Virus record (IMG/VR): IMGVR_UViG_3300032270_000481
Coordinates: 1-29,575 of that record
Direction: 5' to 3' (one strand)
Length of the DNA: 29,575 bases
Source of the DNA: a virus
Taxonomy: Duplodnaviria; Caudoviricetes
In this document: piece by piece, positions 18,501-25,896 of the stretch
How the letters are laid out: each line of letters opens with the position of its first letter
How positions within the stretch are numbered: position 1 is the stretch's first letter
Program-made: the position numbers and the translations under genes
The notes under the pieces: model-generated
Database searches by the model: none
What the model was told of the DNA's origin: nothing
Seen by the model: the letters and a program-made list of their open reading frames with translations, nothing else

Positions 18501-18945
18501 TAAGCTAGAAAAGACCGCTGAAGCGTTTGAAAGAATCGCTGATGCGTTTGGTGAAATGAAAGAGCATATTAACGGAATGGAGATTGAGAGATTAACTCAA
18601 GTCACCAAGTTAATGGGATTCCTTGACGGTTTAGCAAATGGCGATAGCGATGATATCGTTGCAGACATCGGTGAAGCAATTACCCAAGGTATGGAAACAC
18701 TTAAAGGAATACTTGAGGAAATTAAAACGCAATTAGCAACACCCGCTCCAGGTGCTGGAGGAGTTATTGCCGATGCTGCAAACGCAATAGGAATTGGACC
18801 CGGTACATCTGAAGGCTCTGCACCTAAACCAGCTGAACAGAAGCAACAACCTGTTGATATGCAACCAGTTGTTAATGCGATCAACAGTCTTAAGACACAG
18901 TTAGTGTCTACTGGAATAAAAGTACAAAAAGGATTTCCTGCTTAA
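15553..18945 (+). CDS. Tape measure protein
   Basis: Long Ala/Gly-rich helical protein directly after the chaperone pair, with 62-aa hydrophobic and 94-aa internal repeats. Confidence 0.8.
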   Translation: MAFGLFKNPFEALSSENQSAMVKSLDEIKDYFFKGNTIVQAVNNLGILLQQNIKAQNTLTQILLKRQEKQMTDKDQKEMLKTAKIFGPALERIVGAIKDFSQLPEEAVDKFILAIEKIGNAFMKMKDIGKTIMETAKGLMLMAGAIILFGIALIIALPLYLVGMIAAPIVFLVVLGFVYLFTKALGDKTGKDILDGAKGLMYMAGAIILFGIALFLAGIVYAELWKGLIGMIPIVLTIMTMILLFSMMDGLSDTIGDGVEALLMMVAVVGMTGLILYLAGIVYAELWKGFVGMVAILLTIGALVGLMFLIDMLSDTIMDGVKALAVMVGIVALTGLILFLAGKFYEELWEGAIAAWPILIVIGALIGLMFALDTMSNTIYDGALALGVMVLAVGLTAIILYAISDLADEMVAGLGASWPILILIAALVGVMFLISLVEKEVLKGSLALGVIAVAMVILAGALMMIKSVDWTLEDTASLSALVVVLALVGTLLGVAMESGLLPLLGAAAMAAIGVSIIILAEGLKIYKEAKFTADDAVLLSATVVALAVIGTVLGNPFTIGFTLAGAAAMLVIGAAMEPLTQGLKTFKESGWTDSDGTNFEKAIASIVKGFSIIADDDLKKEYGIKASAYEIYWGVRALAGIGNILTEMARGIQDFANMKFTEYEVVKDKDGNSKIQAKEIRKLTDAEIQGAGVNFGKVLDAILMPIAKVGMMEMMSEGWFSGGAISKGIESLTGLGNIMTGMAKGIQDFADLKFTRYEVINAGTKDAKIVPVEIVPLTEAHFQKAGQGFAKVVEAILKPIGDVGRAEMNSEGWFSDGVVKKGIEALTGIGNIMTEMAKGVQSFANLEFTSYEVVNAGTPDAKVVPKSVFTLAQGDFYKVKDNFNGILNAFFDPIIWAGQKYDENEDAVDDAIEIFPDMIEVVNKLAAAMKPWMEVQDPWKAGNSFNYFTDSILNVFSKPNSGLLLYRLGEFTTNAEILINGSTKLEKTAEAFERIADAFGEMKEHINGMEIERLTQVTKLMGFLDGLANGDSDDIVADIGEAITQGMETLKGILEEIKTQLATPAPGAGGVIADAANAIGIGPGTSEGSAPKPAEQKQQPVDMQPVVNAINSLKTQLVSTGIKVQKGFPA

Positions 18946-19009
18946 TCAGCAAAAATCTTTTACCTTTCCAATTTATATTGTATATTTACAACGTAACAAT
19001 AGCAAATAC

Positions 19010-19081
19010 GGTTTCATCGTTCAACGGATAGGACATCCGCCTTCTAAGCGGAGAATTGGGGTTCGAGTCCCTATGGAACTA
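19010..19081 (+). tRNA. tRNA-Arg(UCU)
   Basis: Acceptor GGTTTCA/TGGAACT, anticodon arm TCCGC-CTTCTAA-GCGGA, T arm TGGGG-TTCGAGT-CCCTA; CCA not encoded. Confidence 0.95.
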
Positions 19082-19162
19082 CAAAAGTTAAGTAAAATGA
19101 AAAAACTGCAAAAAGATTTCAAAACAGAAAACTTTTATTTAGTTTTACATAAATACTAACAC

Positions 19163-20085
19163 AAGCGTTCTTTATTTATGAGAATATCCATTTTCTTAGT
19201 AAGTCGTATTCCCGCCTTCGTGTGACGAATATGAGCACTGAAAAGAAATAAAGATATTGGCGGCCTATAGTCATCAAATAAACCGGGAAACCGGTATAAA
19301 GTGAACAGCACATCGTAAAGCTGTTTGCGGCCCAGATTAACTTCGGTTGATTTGGACTTGAGTAGGCAAGCGAGATATCACGGTTCCTGATTATCTGAGG
19401 GTAACACTGTAGGAGAAATGGAAAAGTGAATTGGCAATGTGGGTTGTCAGTTTGAGCTCGGAAGAGCAATAAGAATAACTCGTAGAGCTTTGCAAAAAGT
19501 ATGCCCATCCAGGTATATTATTGCGTTGTTCAATATCAGAGAGGACTTAAAGCCGAAAGGCATGCTGAAGTACAAGTGGTGTTGTTATCAGCCCTGTTGA
19601 ATTTCTACCAAGGGGTTTAACTTGAAGTAATCTTAAAATATCGAGATGGGGACATTTCAGAGAGTAGTTAAGTATTGATCCTGACAAAATTGGGGTTAGC
19701 TTGGTCGACGGACCACTACTTTCACACATCCACACACGAAAAACTTAATTTGCAATTATTGGTGCAAAACCTAAGAACAATTAAGCCAAAGTGTCCGTCA
19801 GTTGCAGACGAAAGGTGCTTACCTAGTAGCCGGTTGTCGGTTGCCGCAAAAGGCCGCAAGTCTAATGCGATTTTTTAGAAAGCTTTATAGCTCCGCAAGA
19901 GCGAATCAGATCGGCAGATTTGAGTAGATGTAAGTATAAAGAGAGTAGTCTAAACAAGCAACTCAAGGAGTGGTATACCTAAATCACCAGCACTGTTAGA
20001 ATAGTACTCAAAAGGTACTGGACAAAAGAGGAACACATAATCTCTCTAAAGATCTAACGCCATAAGCTGTAGTCTCAGGCTTTTC
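19163..20085 (+). ncRNA. Large structured ncRNA, probably GOLLD class (boundaries approximate)
   Basis: About 920 nt between two tRNAs, more G-rich than the flanks, with no credible ORF. Hairpins with GNRA/UUCG loops at 19282-19295, 19332-19355, 19552-19561 and 19890-19902, and repeated GAGTAG motifs. Size and tRNA-linked phage context fit GOLLD; the family call is from recollection, not a search. Confidence 0.7.
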
Positions 20086-20096
20086 TATTTTTATAT

Positions 20097-20170
20097 TGTG
20101 GGATAGAGCAGATGGTCAGCTCGCAAGGCTCATAACCTTGAGGTCACAGGTTCGAATCCTGTTCCCGCTA
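20097..20170 (+). tRNA. tRNA-Met(CAU), initiator-type
   Basis: Acceptor TGTGGGA/TCCCGCT with a 1:72 mismatch, A11-U24, anticodon arm CAAGG-CTCATAA-CCTTG, T arm ACAGG-TTCGAAT-CCTGT. Confidence 0.93.
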
Positions 20171-20184
20171 CTAAACTTTGTAGA

Positions 20185-20634
20185 ATGTTTAAGAAATTTG
20201 GCGGCGAACATATCGAAGATATAGGCCTATACACAAAGAAATACCTGGAAAAAAATCCAGACGTCAAATTATACATAGGCACAGATTCCATTCAATTAAG
20301 ATACTCAACCCTTTACGCAACAGCACTATGTTTCTGGCACAATGGTAATGGGGTACATGTTGTTTTTTCAAGGACTAAAACTCTAAAGGTCAAGGATCTT
20401 TATACAAGATTATGGTCAGAAGTTGAAATGTCTTTGGAATTAGCAAACCAATTAAAGAATAACCATCAAATCGAGGCAACTGTTGATTTAGATATCAACT
20501 CTAATAAAAAGTACAAATCTTTTATAGCCCATGACGCTGCTGTAGGCATGATTAAAGGCTATGGTTTTGTGGTTAGAACTAAGCCTGATGCATGGGCAGC
20601 CTCAGCTGCAGCTGATCTTCTATGTAAAGGTTAA
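20185..20634 (+). CDS. RNase H-like YkuK (DUF458) family protein
   Basis: LYIGTDS, RLWSEVEMS, DLDIN and KPDAWAASAAAD motifs. Confidence 0.85.
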   Translation: MFKKFGGEHIEDIGLYTKKYLEKNPDVKLYIGTDSIQLRYSTLYATALCFWHNGNGVHVVFSRTKTLKVKDLYTRLWSEVEMSLELANQLKNNHQIEATVDLDINSNKKYKSFIAHDAAVGMIKGYGFVVRTKPDAWAASAAADLLCKG

Positions 20635-20666
20635 ACAATATAGAATACATACATATAACATAATAT

Positions 20667-21078
20667 GTGCCCGACCAGGCATTGATTGGCGGTCATAGTT
20701 CTTTGAGATGCAGGCGGTCTTAGATGGAAAGACCTTAATCACCTATCAAGCCAATAAACGGCAATTCATTTATCACAGAAGAGGGTGACCTCGTACTTGA
20801 CGGCGTAGCTGTTGAGTTTGCTTCAGAGTTTGCAGTAGCAGCCTAAGCACTTGGCGACAACTGCCAAGCTTTAAAGAAAGTTGTACAACGGAAAATTCGG
20901 CTAATACCGGAGAGTACCACCACTGAGCATTAAGTGGCCAAAGAAATGCGAACCCTTTATCTCTGATAAGGTTAAAATCAGGGATATTTTGTCAGTTTAG
21001 AAAAATTGACTAAGCCTGTGAAAGAGTCCTTAAAATTAACCGAGCAAGACGCGGGTTCGATTCCCGCCGGGTACACCA
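20667..21078 (+). ncRNA. ssrA: tmRNA (one-piece, 412 nt)
   Basis: 5' GTGCCCG pairs with 3' CGGGTAC-A-CCA and includes G3.U70. T arm GCGGG-TTCGATT-CCCGC. Internal tag frame 20760-20846 ends in AVAA-stop. Confidence 0.93.
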
Positions 21079-21082
21079 CATT

Positions 21083-21107
21083 AAAGCGATCATTAGATCG
21101 CTTTTTT
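21083..21107 (+). terminator. Intrinsic terminator after tmRNA
   Basis: AAAGCGATC-ATTA-GATCGCTTTTTT. Confidence 0.85.
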
Positions 21108-21145
21108 CTTGTCTAGGCTTAAACAATATATCTAACCGGGTTATA

Positions 21146-21640
21146 ATGAATATGAATAAGCGAATTATTTTAGTCGGTAAAGCAGGCTCAGGTAAGGACT
21201 TCATGAGAAAGAAGTTAGAGTCTAGAAATTTCAAATACGCAGTAAGTTATACAACAAGACCCCCAAGAGAAGGTGAAGTTGAAGGTAAAGACTACTTCTT
21301 TATTACTGAAGAGCAGGCCAGGAAAATGATTGACAATTACGAGTTCTTTGAATACGTAATGTTCAATGGCTGGCTTTATGGTACTACATTAAAACAATGG
21401 TCACAGGCGGATGGGGACGATGTTTTCATTATGACACCCAGTGGACTTTCCCATGTCGGTGAACAGGATAGAAAAGACTGCCTTGTAGTCTATGTTGATA
21501 TCCATATCGATATGAGACGTGCAAGACTAATGCGACGTGATATGCCAGGTGATAGCATTGAAAGACGTATACAGGCAGATGAAGAAGATTTCAGAGATTT
21601 TATAAACTTTGATATCAGAATTACCAACCCAGATTTCTGA
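21146..21640 (+). CDS. gmk: Guanylate kinase (start may be 21152)
   Basis: P-loop GKAGSGKD, SYTTRPPREGEVEGKDYFF and YGT. Confidence 0.92.
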   Translation: MNMNKRIILVGKAGSGKDFMRKKLESRNFKYAVSYTTRPPREGEVEGKDYFFITEEQARKMIDNYEFFEYVMFNGWLYGTTLKQWSQADGDDVFIMTPSGLSHVGEQDRKDCLVVYVDIHIDMRRARLMRRDMPGDSIERRIQADEEDFRDFINFDIRITNPDF

Positions 21641-21682
21641 AACTAAATAACTCTAAATAATATAAACTAAAAATAAATTACT

Positions 21683-22261
21683 ATGTCTGAACAAGTAGAA
21701 AACAATGAAATGGAAATCAAGATGATTACACCACTTGATGCAAAAGAAATGAGTATTGAAACTCTAAAGTCTGAACAAGATCGCTATAATAAAATGGCAA
21801 ACGAGTTTGGCGAATTAACTAAAACTAAAAAGTACACAGTTGCATTTGACGATATCAAAGATGCAAAATCTTTATTTAAGCATTTAGAGAAAAATGTTAA
21901 ATGGACACATGCTGATGCCCCTTTGTATGTTGCAGCTTACACTAAACTAAAGGATGCAATTGCAGAAGGTTTAAACGATTCAAATGAATTATTGATTGAT
22001 GGACCTGCACTTAATGCAGTTTATCAATTACTTCTAAAGACTGAAGGTGTTGGTTTCCATTCCGTCCGTGATTATATGTCTCTATTAACTAACACAGGTG
22101 AAGGTATTTCAAATGCTATGCGTAAAATGATTGAAGATCAAAATACACTGAAAGGCATTCACACTAACCTAAGCGTTCTAGACGATGAGACCAATGCAAG
22201 AGCAATGGGTATTCAAGTAGAAGCAGACCATGTAGTAGAAACTGAACAAACCAACGGATAA
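21683..22261 (+). CDS. Hypothetical helical protein
   Basis: 192-aa ORF with its own promoter-like motif (21639-21665) and a terminator. Confidence 0.8.
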   Translation: MSEQVENNEMEIKMITPLDAKEMSIETLKSEQDRYNKMANEFGELTKTKKYTVAFDDIKDAKSLFKHLEKNVKWTHADAPLYVAAYTKLKDAIAEGLNDSNELLIDGPALNAVYQLLLKTEGVGFHSVRDYMSLLTNTGEGISNAMRKMIEDQNTLKGIHTNLSVLDDETNARAMGIQVEADHVVETEQTNG

Positions 22262-22276
22262 TACTACTTAACTATT

Positions 22277-22306
22277 AAAGCCCATAGAAATTTCTATGGG
22301 CTTTTT
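22277..22306 (+). terminator. Intrinsic terminator (perfect 28-bp palindrome)
   Basis: AAAGCCCATAGAAA/TTTCTATGGGCTTT followed by Ts. Confidence 0.85.
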
Positions 22307-22352
22307 ATTGGGGGTTTAACTAGACCTGGACTATATATAAAATAAAACTACC

Positions 22353-23213
22353 ATGGAAGATTATTCTAGACAATGCCCGCAGTGTGATACAACTATAGTG
22401 TATAGTAATAAGTATATTCTTAAAACAGCAATTACTAAAAATACAATTTGTAAAAAATGTGCTCTGTTAAACCATAACAAGAAGATGGGTGAAGAGCAAA
22501 GACTAGGACTTAGGGAAAATGGTTTTAAGGGTAAAACACATACAGCGGACGTGAAAATAAAACTTTCAGAACGTAAAATGGGTCGAAAATTATCCGCTGA
22601 GCATAAACAGAGTATAAGCAAAGGCCTTTTAGAAAGAGATGTTGAACATTACATGAAAAGAGGTGGACTTTATACACTATGGCTAGAAAAACATGGCAAA
22701 GAAATAGCTGACCAGAAATTAGATGAATTTAAGTCTAAAATAAGCCTAGCAACTTCAGGTAAAAATAACCCAATGTACGGTAAACCTTCACCTAAAGGTA
22801 GCGGAAACGGCTGGAAAGGTTATTACAAAGGAATTTATTTCAGAAGTTTATTAGAGCTCTCGTTTTTAGTAAATTATGTAGATAGGTTTAATATGAAATT
22901 TGAATCTGGTGAAAAAGCAAAATGGGCAATAGAATATGTTACCCCAATAGGGAAAATGGGTACATACTTTCCAGATTATATTATAAACGACAAATATATG
23001 GTTGAAATAAAACCTAAAAAGCTCATCAATACGCCTTTGATAAAATCAAAGTCAGAATCTGCTATAGAATTTTGTAAAAAATATGATCTAAAGTATAAGA
23101 TATTTGAACCTATAAAATTAAGTAAACAAATGATTCTAGATCTATATAATAATAAACATTTGATATTTAGTAAAAAACTAGAATCAAAGTATATCAACCA
23201 CTTAAATTCATAA
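22353..23213 (+). CDS. Putative free-standing homing endonuclease: Zn finger, NUMOD3 repeats and a PD-(D/E)xK (TnsA-N-like) nuclease
   Basis: CPQC/CKKC; KGKTHTADVKIKLSE, GRKLSAEHKQSISKG and NNPMYGK; FRSLLE, YFPDY and VEIKP. Confidence 0.75.
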   Translation: MEDYSRQCPQCDTTIVYSNKYILKTAITKNTICKKCALLNHNKKMGEEQRLGLRENGFKGKTHTADVKIKLSERKMGRKLSAEHKQSISKGLLERDVEHYMKRGGLYTLWLEKHGKEIADQKLDEFKSKISLATSGKNNPMYGKPSPKGSGNGWKGYYKGIYFRSLLELSFLVNYVDRFNMKFESGEKAKWAIEYVTPIGKMGTYFPDYIINDKYMVEIKPKKLINTPLIKSKSESAIEFCKKYDLKYKIFEPIKLSKQMILDLYNNKHLIFSKKLESKYINHLNS

Positions 23214-23214
23214 T

Positions 23215-23724
23215 ATGATATTCTTTTTGGAGGGACTCAGTAGCGTTGGAAAGACCACGTTAATTAACAAATACCTAGAACAGTACCCTAATAGCGCCAT
23301 TCGATTCAAAGGATCTGGCGCCGTTAACGTTGGTATGCAATCCAGATGGCAAGATTATAACTTCTGGATGCATAACATTATTGAACGCATGGATCAGATA
23401 AATGATTATCAGATTCCTATTCTTTGGGATAGAGGTATTAGTGATGTTGTCTATACTGAAGATGATAATTACTCAACTGAGCTACATAGAGTGGCAAAGT
23501 CACATATTAAAAAAGCAGTCATCTTTATTGATGCACCTGTTAATGTCCTAAACAAACGTGGCACTAAAGAAGGTAATGAACTCACTTTACATAAACAAAA
23601 ATACGAGCAAGTAGTTCAAAGCTTTAATACGTATAGAATAATGTTATCAGGTGAAAGCTTTATCACAGAAGATACTGTAGATCTACTACACAAATTTATT
23701 ACAGACTGTATCAATGGCTCTTAA
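23215..23724 (+). CDS. Thymidylate-kinase-like dNMP kinase
   Basis: FFLEGLSSVGKTT P-loop, ILWDRG motif, IFIDAP...LNKRG lid. Confidence 0.8.
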   Translation: MIFFLEGLSSVGKTTLINKYLEQYPNSAIRFKGSGAVNVGMQSRWQDYNFWMHNIIERMDQINDYQIPILWDRGISDVVYTEDDNYSTELHRVAKSHIKKAVIFIDAPVNVLNKRGTKEGNELTLHKQKYEQVVQSFNTYRIMLSGESFITEDTVDLLHKFITDCINGS

Positions 23725-24931
23725 GAAGGAATATAAGGAAGTTATCGCCAGGCTCAACTCTTTAAGAAGGGTTGAGTCTTCTGGTGATCTAAATAAAAAA
23801 GTTAAACGCGTCGCAGTTATCTTAACTGGTTCCCGCTCAGGGTCTAGCTTAATGAAGACCGTTGTATCTAGAAGTAATGATGTTGCATACCTTTCAGGTG
23901 AGGAAGAGCCATTCTTTATCTTATCTGGCAACGGTTTTCCATGGTCAAGTGAAAGCGATGGTTTCAATACCATTAAAAACAAGCAACATTTACTAGACAA
24001 TTTATTTGACGATCTAGGTATAAACGATAAAGTCTTTAATTTGTCTAAGACTTTACATGATTGGCGTAACAGAATCCTTTTGCAATTTCCAGATATTAGT
24101 GAAGATGTAATCGACTATATGTTGCCTAAATATGTCTCTAAGTTTTATACTGAAGGAACAGATTATATTGAGGCAACTCAAAAATTACTTTTCACATTAT
24201 TCAAAGAACATGCCGGTTTATATGACATCTGTGACGGTACTTATGATTTTATGCAACAGAAGTTCAAAATCGAAGAGCCTCCTTTTGTAATACCACCACA
24301 GCGTAGAAGATTTACTGAAAACGATATTGAAGACAAGGTTCTTGTTTTCAAAACACCACAAGATTGTTATAGAATTGGTATATTTGAACAGTTATTCCCA
24401 AATGCTGATATCAAATATATCCATTTGACTAGAGGCTTTGCCCAAACAATCAATGGCCTAATGGATGGTTGGCTATCTGATACTGGCTTCTTTGCCCATG
24501 ATGTTTCTATAATCAATGAAGAGTTAAACATCCCTGGTTATTCAGATGTAAAACCATTCGGTAAGAAATGGTGGAAGTTTGATCTTCCTCCGAACTGGAA
24601 AGATTATAAAGATGCACCTCTACATGAGGTATGTTTGAATCAATGGTATTCAGCACATTCACATATCTTAAATTCTGGCAAACAGGTTTTACATATTAGA
24701 TTTGAAGATTTCCTAACTCACCCAGATATAACTGCAAATAAAATTACAGATTATTTAGGTATCAATCCTATTAAAGTCGATAATATCCCAGTTGTAATGG
24801 CCACGGAAAAGCCTGAACAATTTAGATGGATGAAAAGAAGTGCGCTAATAAATGAGCTAGCTCAGAGAAATGAGGTAAAAGAACTAATGGAAGCTTTAAC
24901 TTATAAAATGGAACCAGAATTATGGGTATAG
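23714..24931 (+). CDS. PAPS-dependent sulfotransferase family protein
   Basis: 5'-PSB loop ILTGSRSGSSL, VFKTP, LFPNADIKYIHLTRG (3'-PB) and LHIRFEDF. Confidence 0.82.
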   Translation: MALKKEYKEVIARLNSLRRVESSGDLNKKVKRVAVILTGSRSGSSLMKTVVSRSNDVAYLSGEEEPFFILSGNGFPWSSESDGFNTIKNKQHLLDNLFDDLGINDKVFNLSKTLHDWRNRILLQFPDISEDVIDYMLPKYVSKFYTEGTDYIEATQKLLFTLFKEHAGLYDICDGTYDFMQQKFKIEEPPFVIPPQRRRFTENDIEDKVLVFKTPQDCYRIGIFEQLFPNADIKYIHLTRGFAQTINGLMDGWLSDTGFFAHDVSIINEELNIPGYSDVKPFGKKWWKFDLPPNWKDYKDAPLHEVCLNQWYSAHSHILNSGKQVLHIRFEDFLTHPDITANKITDYLGINPIKVDNIPVVMATEKPEQFRWMKRSALINELAQRNEVKELMEALTYKMEPELWV

Positions 24932-25854
24932 AAGAACAAGAATCAATTGATAGAGGCATGGAGTTATTACATGATCTTTCATGCCAACCAGAAGAAACGC
25001 GCGTTTTTGAATTTGGGTATAAAAACGAATATGATAAATTACAATCAGTAATGATTCATATCCCAAGACGACATGAGCTCGAGTACAGCGATCCTAAAAA
25101 GGCAATGTATAAAAGCATTCCAACATATGATAAGTTACTAGAGGAAGTTGATGCATATAGAACTCTTTTAATCAGTCTAGGCATTCATGTTTGTGATGAT
25201 TTGTATTTCCATGAAACAGAGTATAACCCATTCCCAAATCAACTTTATATGAGAGATTTGGCCGTGATTACTAATGACTCTGTTATTCTTGCCAATCCTA
25301 AATATGATATTAGAAAAGGTGAAGAGAAAAACATGCTGGCAACATTAAGACATTGGGGATTTGAAGGTCGTATCATTGAACTTTCAAAGAATGCAACAAT
25401 GGAAGGTGCCGACTTCTTTTGGATATCTGAAAACGAAGTTTTGATTTCAGTTGGTAATAGAACCAGTGAGGAATTTGTAACTACATTCAAATTCTTTTAC
25501 CCAAACATTAAAGTCAACACGGTTGCTGCGGCACCCGAAGGCATTCCACAGCATATCCTAGGCGGTGCGCATATAGTTGATAAAGATACTATAATTCAAC
25601 GCCGATCTATCATTAAACATGATCTAGGCTTTAAGAATGTTATTAGTTTAGAAGAGACTGATGAAGTTATAAACGGTTATGCAATGAACATTATAACAAT
25701 AGGTCCAATGGAAATCATTATGCCATCTGGTAATCCAGAAACAAAGGCTATTTACGAGTCGCGCGGCATTAAAGTCCATGAAAGTCCAGCAAAAGAACTA
25801 GGTAAAATGGGTGGAGCCTTTGCTTGCTGTACGCTGCCCATAAAAAGAGGATAA
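24922..25854 (+). CDS. Amidinotransferase / arginine deiminase / DDAH (pentein) superfamily enzyme
   Basis: NEYDKLQSV, PNQLYMRD, RKGE, MEGAD, His in PQHIL and C-terminal GGAFACCTLPI carrying the nucleophilic Cys. Confidence 0.88.
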   Translation: MGIEEQESIDRGMELLHDLSCQPEETRVFEFGYKNEYDKLQSVMIHIPRRHELEYSDPKKAMYKSIPTYDKLLEEVDAYRTLLISLGIHVCDDLYFHETEYNPFPNQLYMRDLAVITNDSVILANPKYDIRKGEEKNMLATLRHWGFEGRIIELSKNATMEGADFFWISENEVLISVGNRTSEEFVTTFKFFYPNIKVNTVAAAPEGIPQHILGGAHIVDKDTIIQRRSIIKHDLGFKNVISLEETDEVINGYAMNIITIGPMEIIMPSGNPETKAIYESRGIKVHESPAKELGKMGGAFACCTLPIKRG

Positions 25855-25896
25855 TTACATGTGTGACTCCTCCGATACATAACAATAAACAAGTCT

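Noticed and set aside
19097-19159. 20-codon ORF MKKLQKDF...
   Set aside because: Very short and coincides with the putative ncRNA promoter; no support.
19176-19878. ORFs 19176..19508(-), 19547..19735(-) and 19675..19878(+)
   Set aside because: Atypical composition and no motifs; they overlap a structured RNA.
19163-20085. Group I/II intron, RNase P or rRNA fragment
   Set aside because: No interrupted host gene (both flanking tRNAs are complete), and no GAGGAAAGUCC or recognisable intron or rRNA signatures were seen.
21010-21234. Minus-strand 74-aa ORF
   Set aside because: Antisense shadow of the tmRNA 3' end and gmk.
24922-25854. Archaeosine (dG+) 7-deazaguanine pathway amidinotransferase
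   Set aside because: That step uses ArcS, QueF-L or Gat-QueC folds rather than a pentein, and no folE/queCDE/dpdA genes are in the window.
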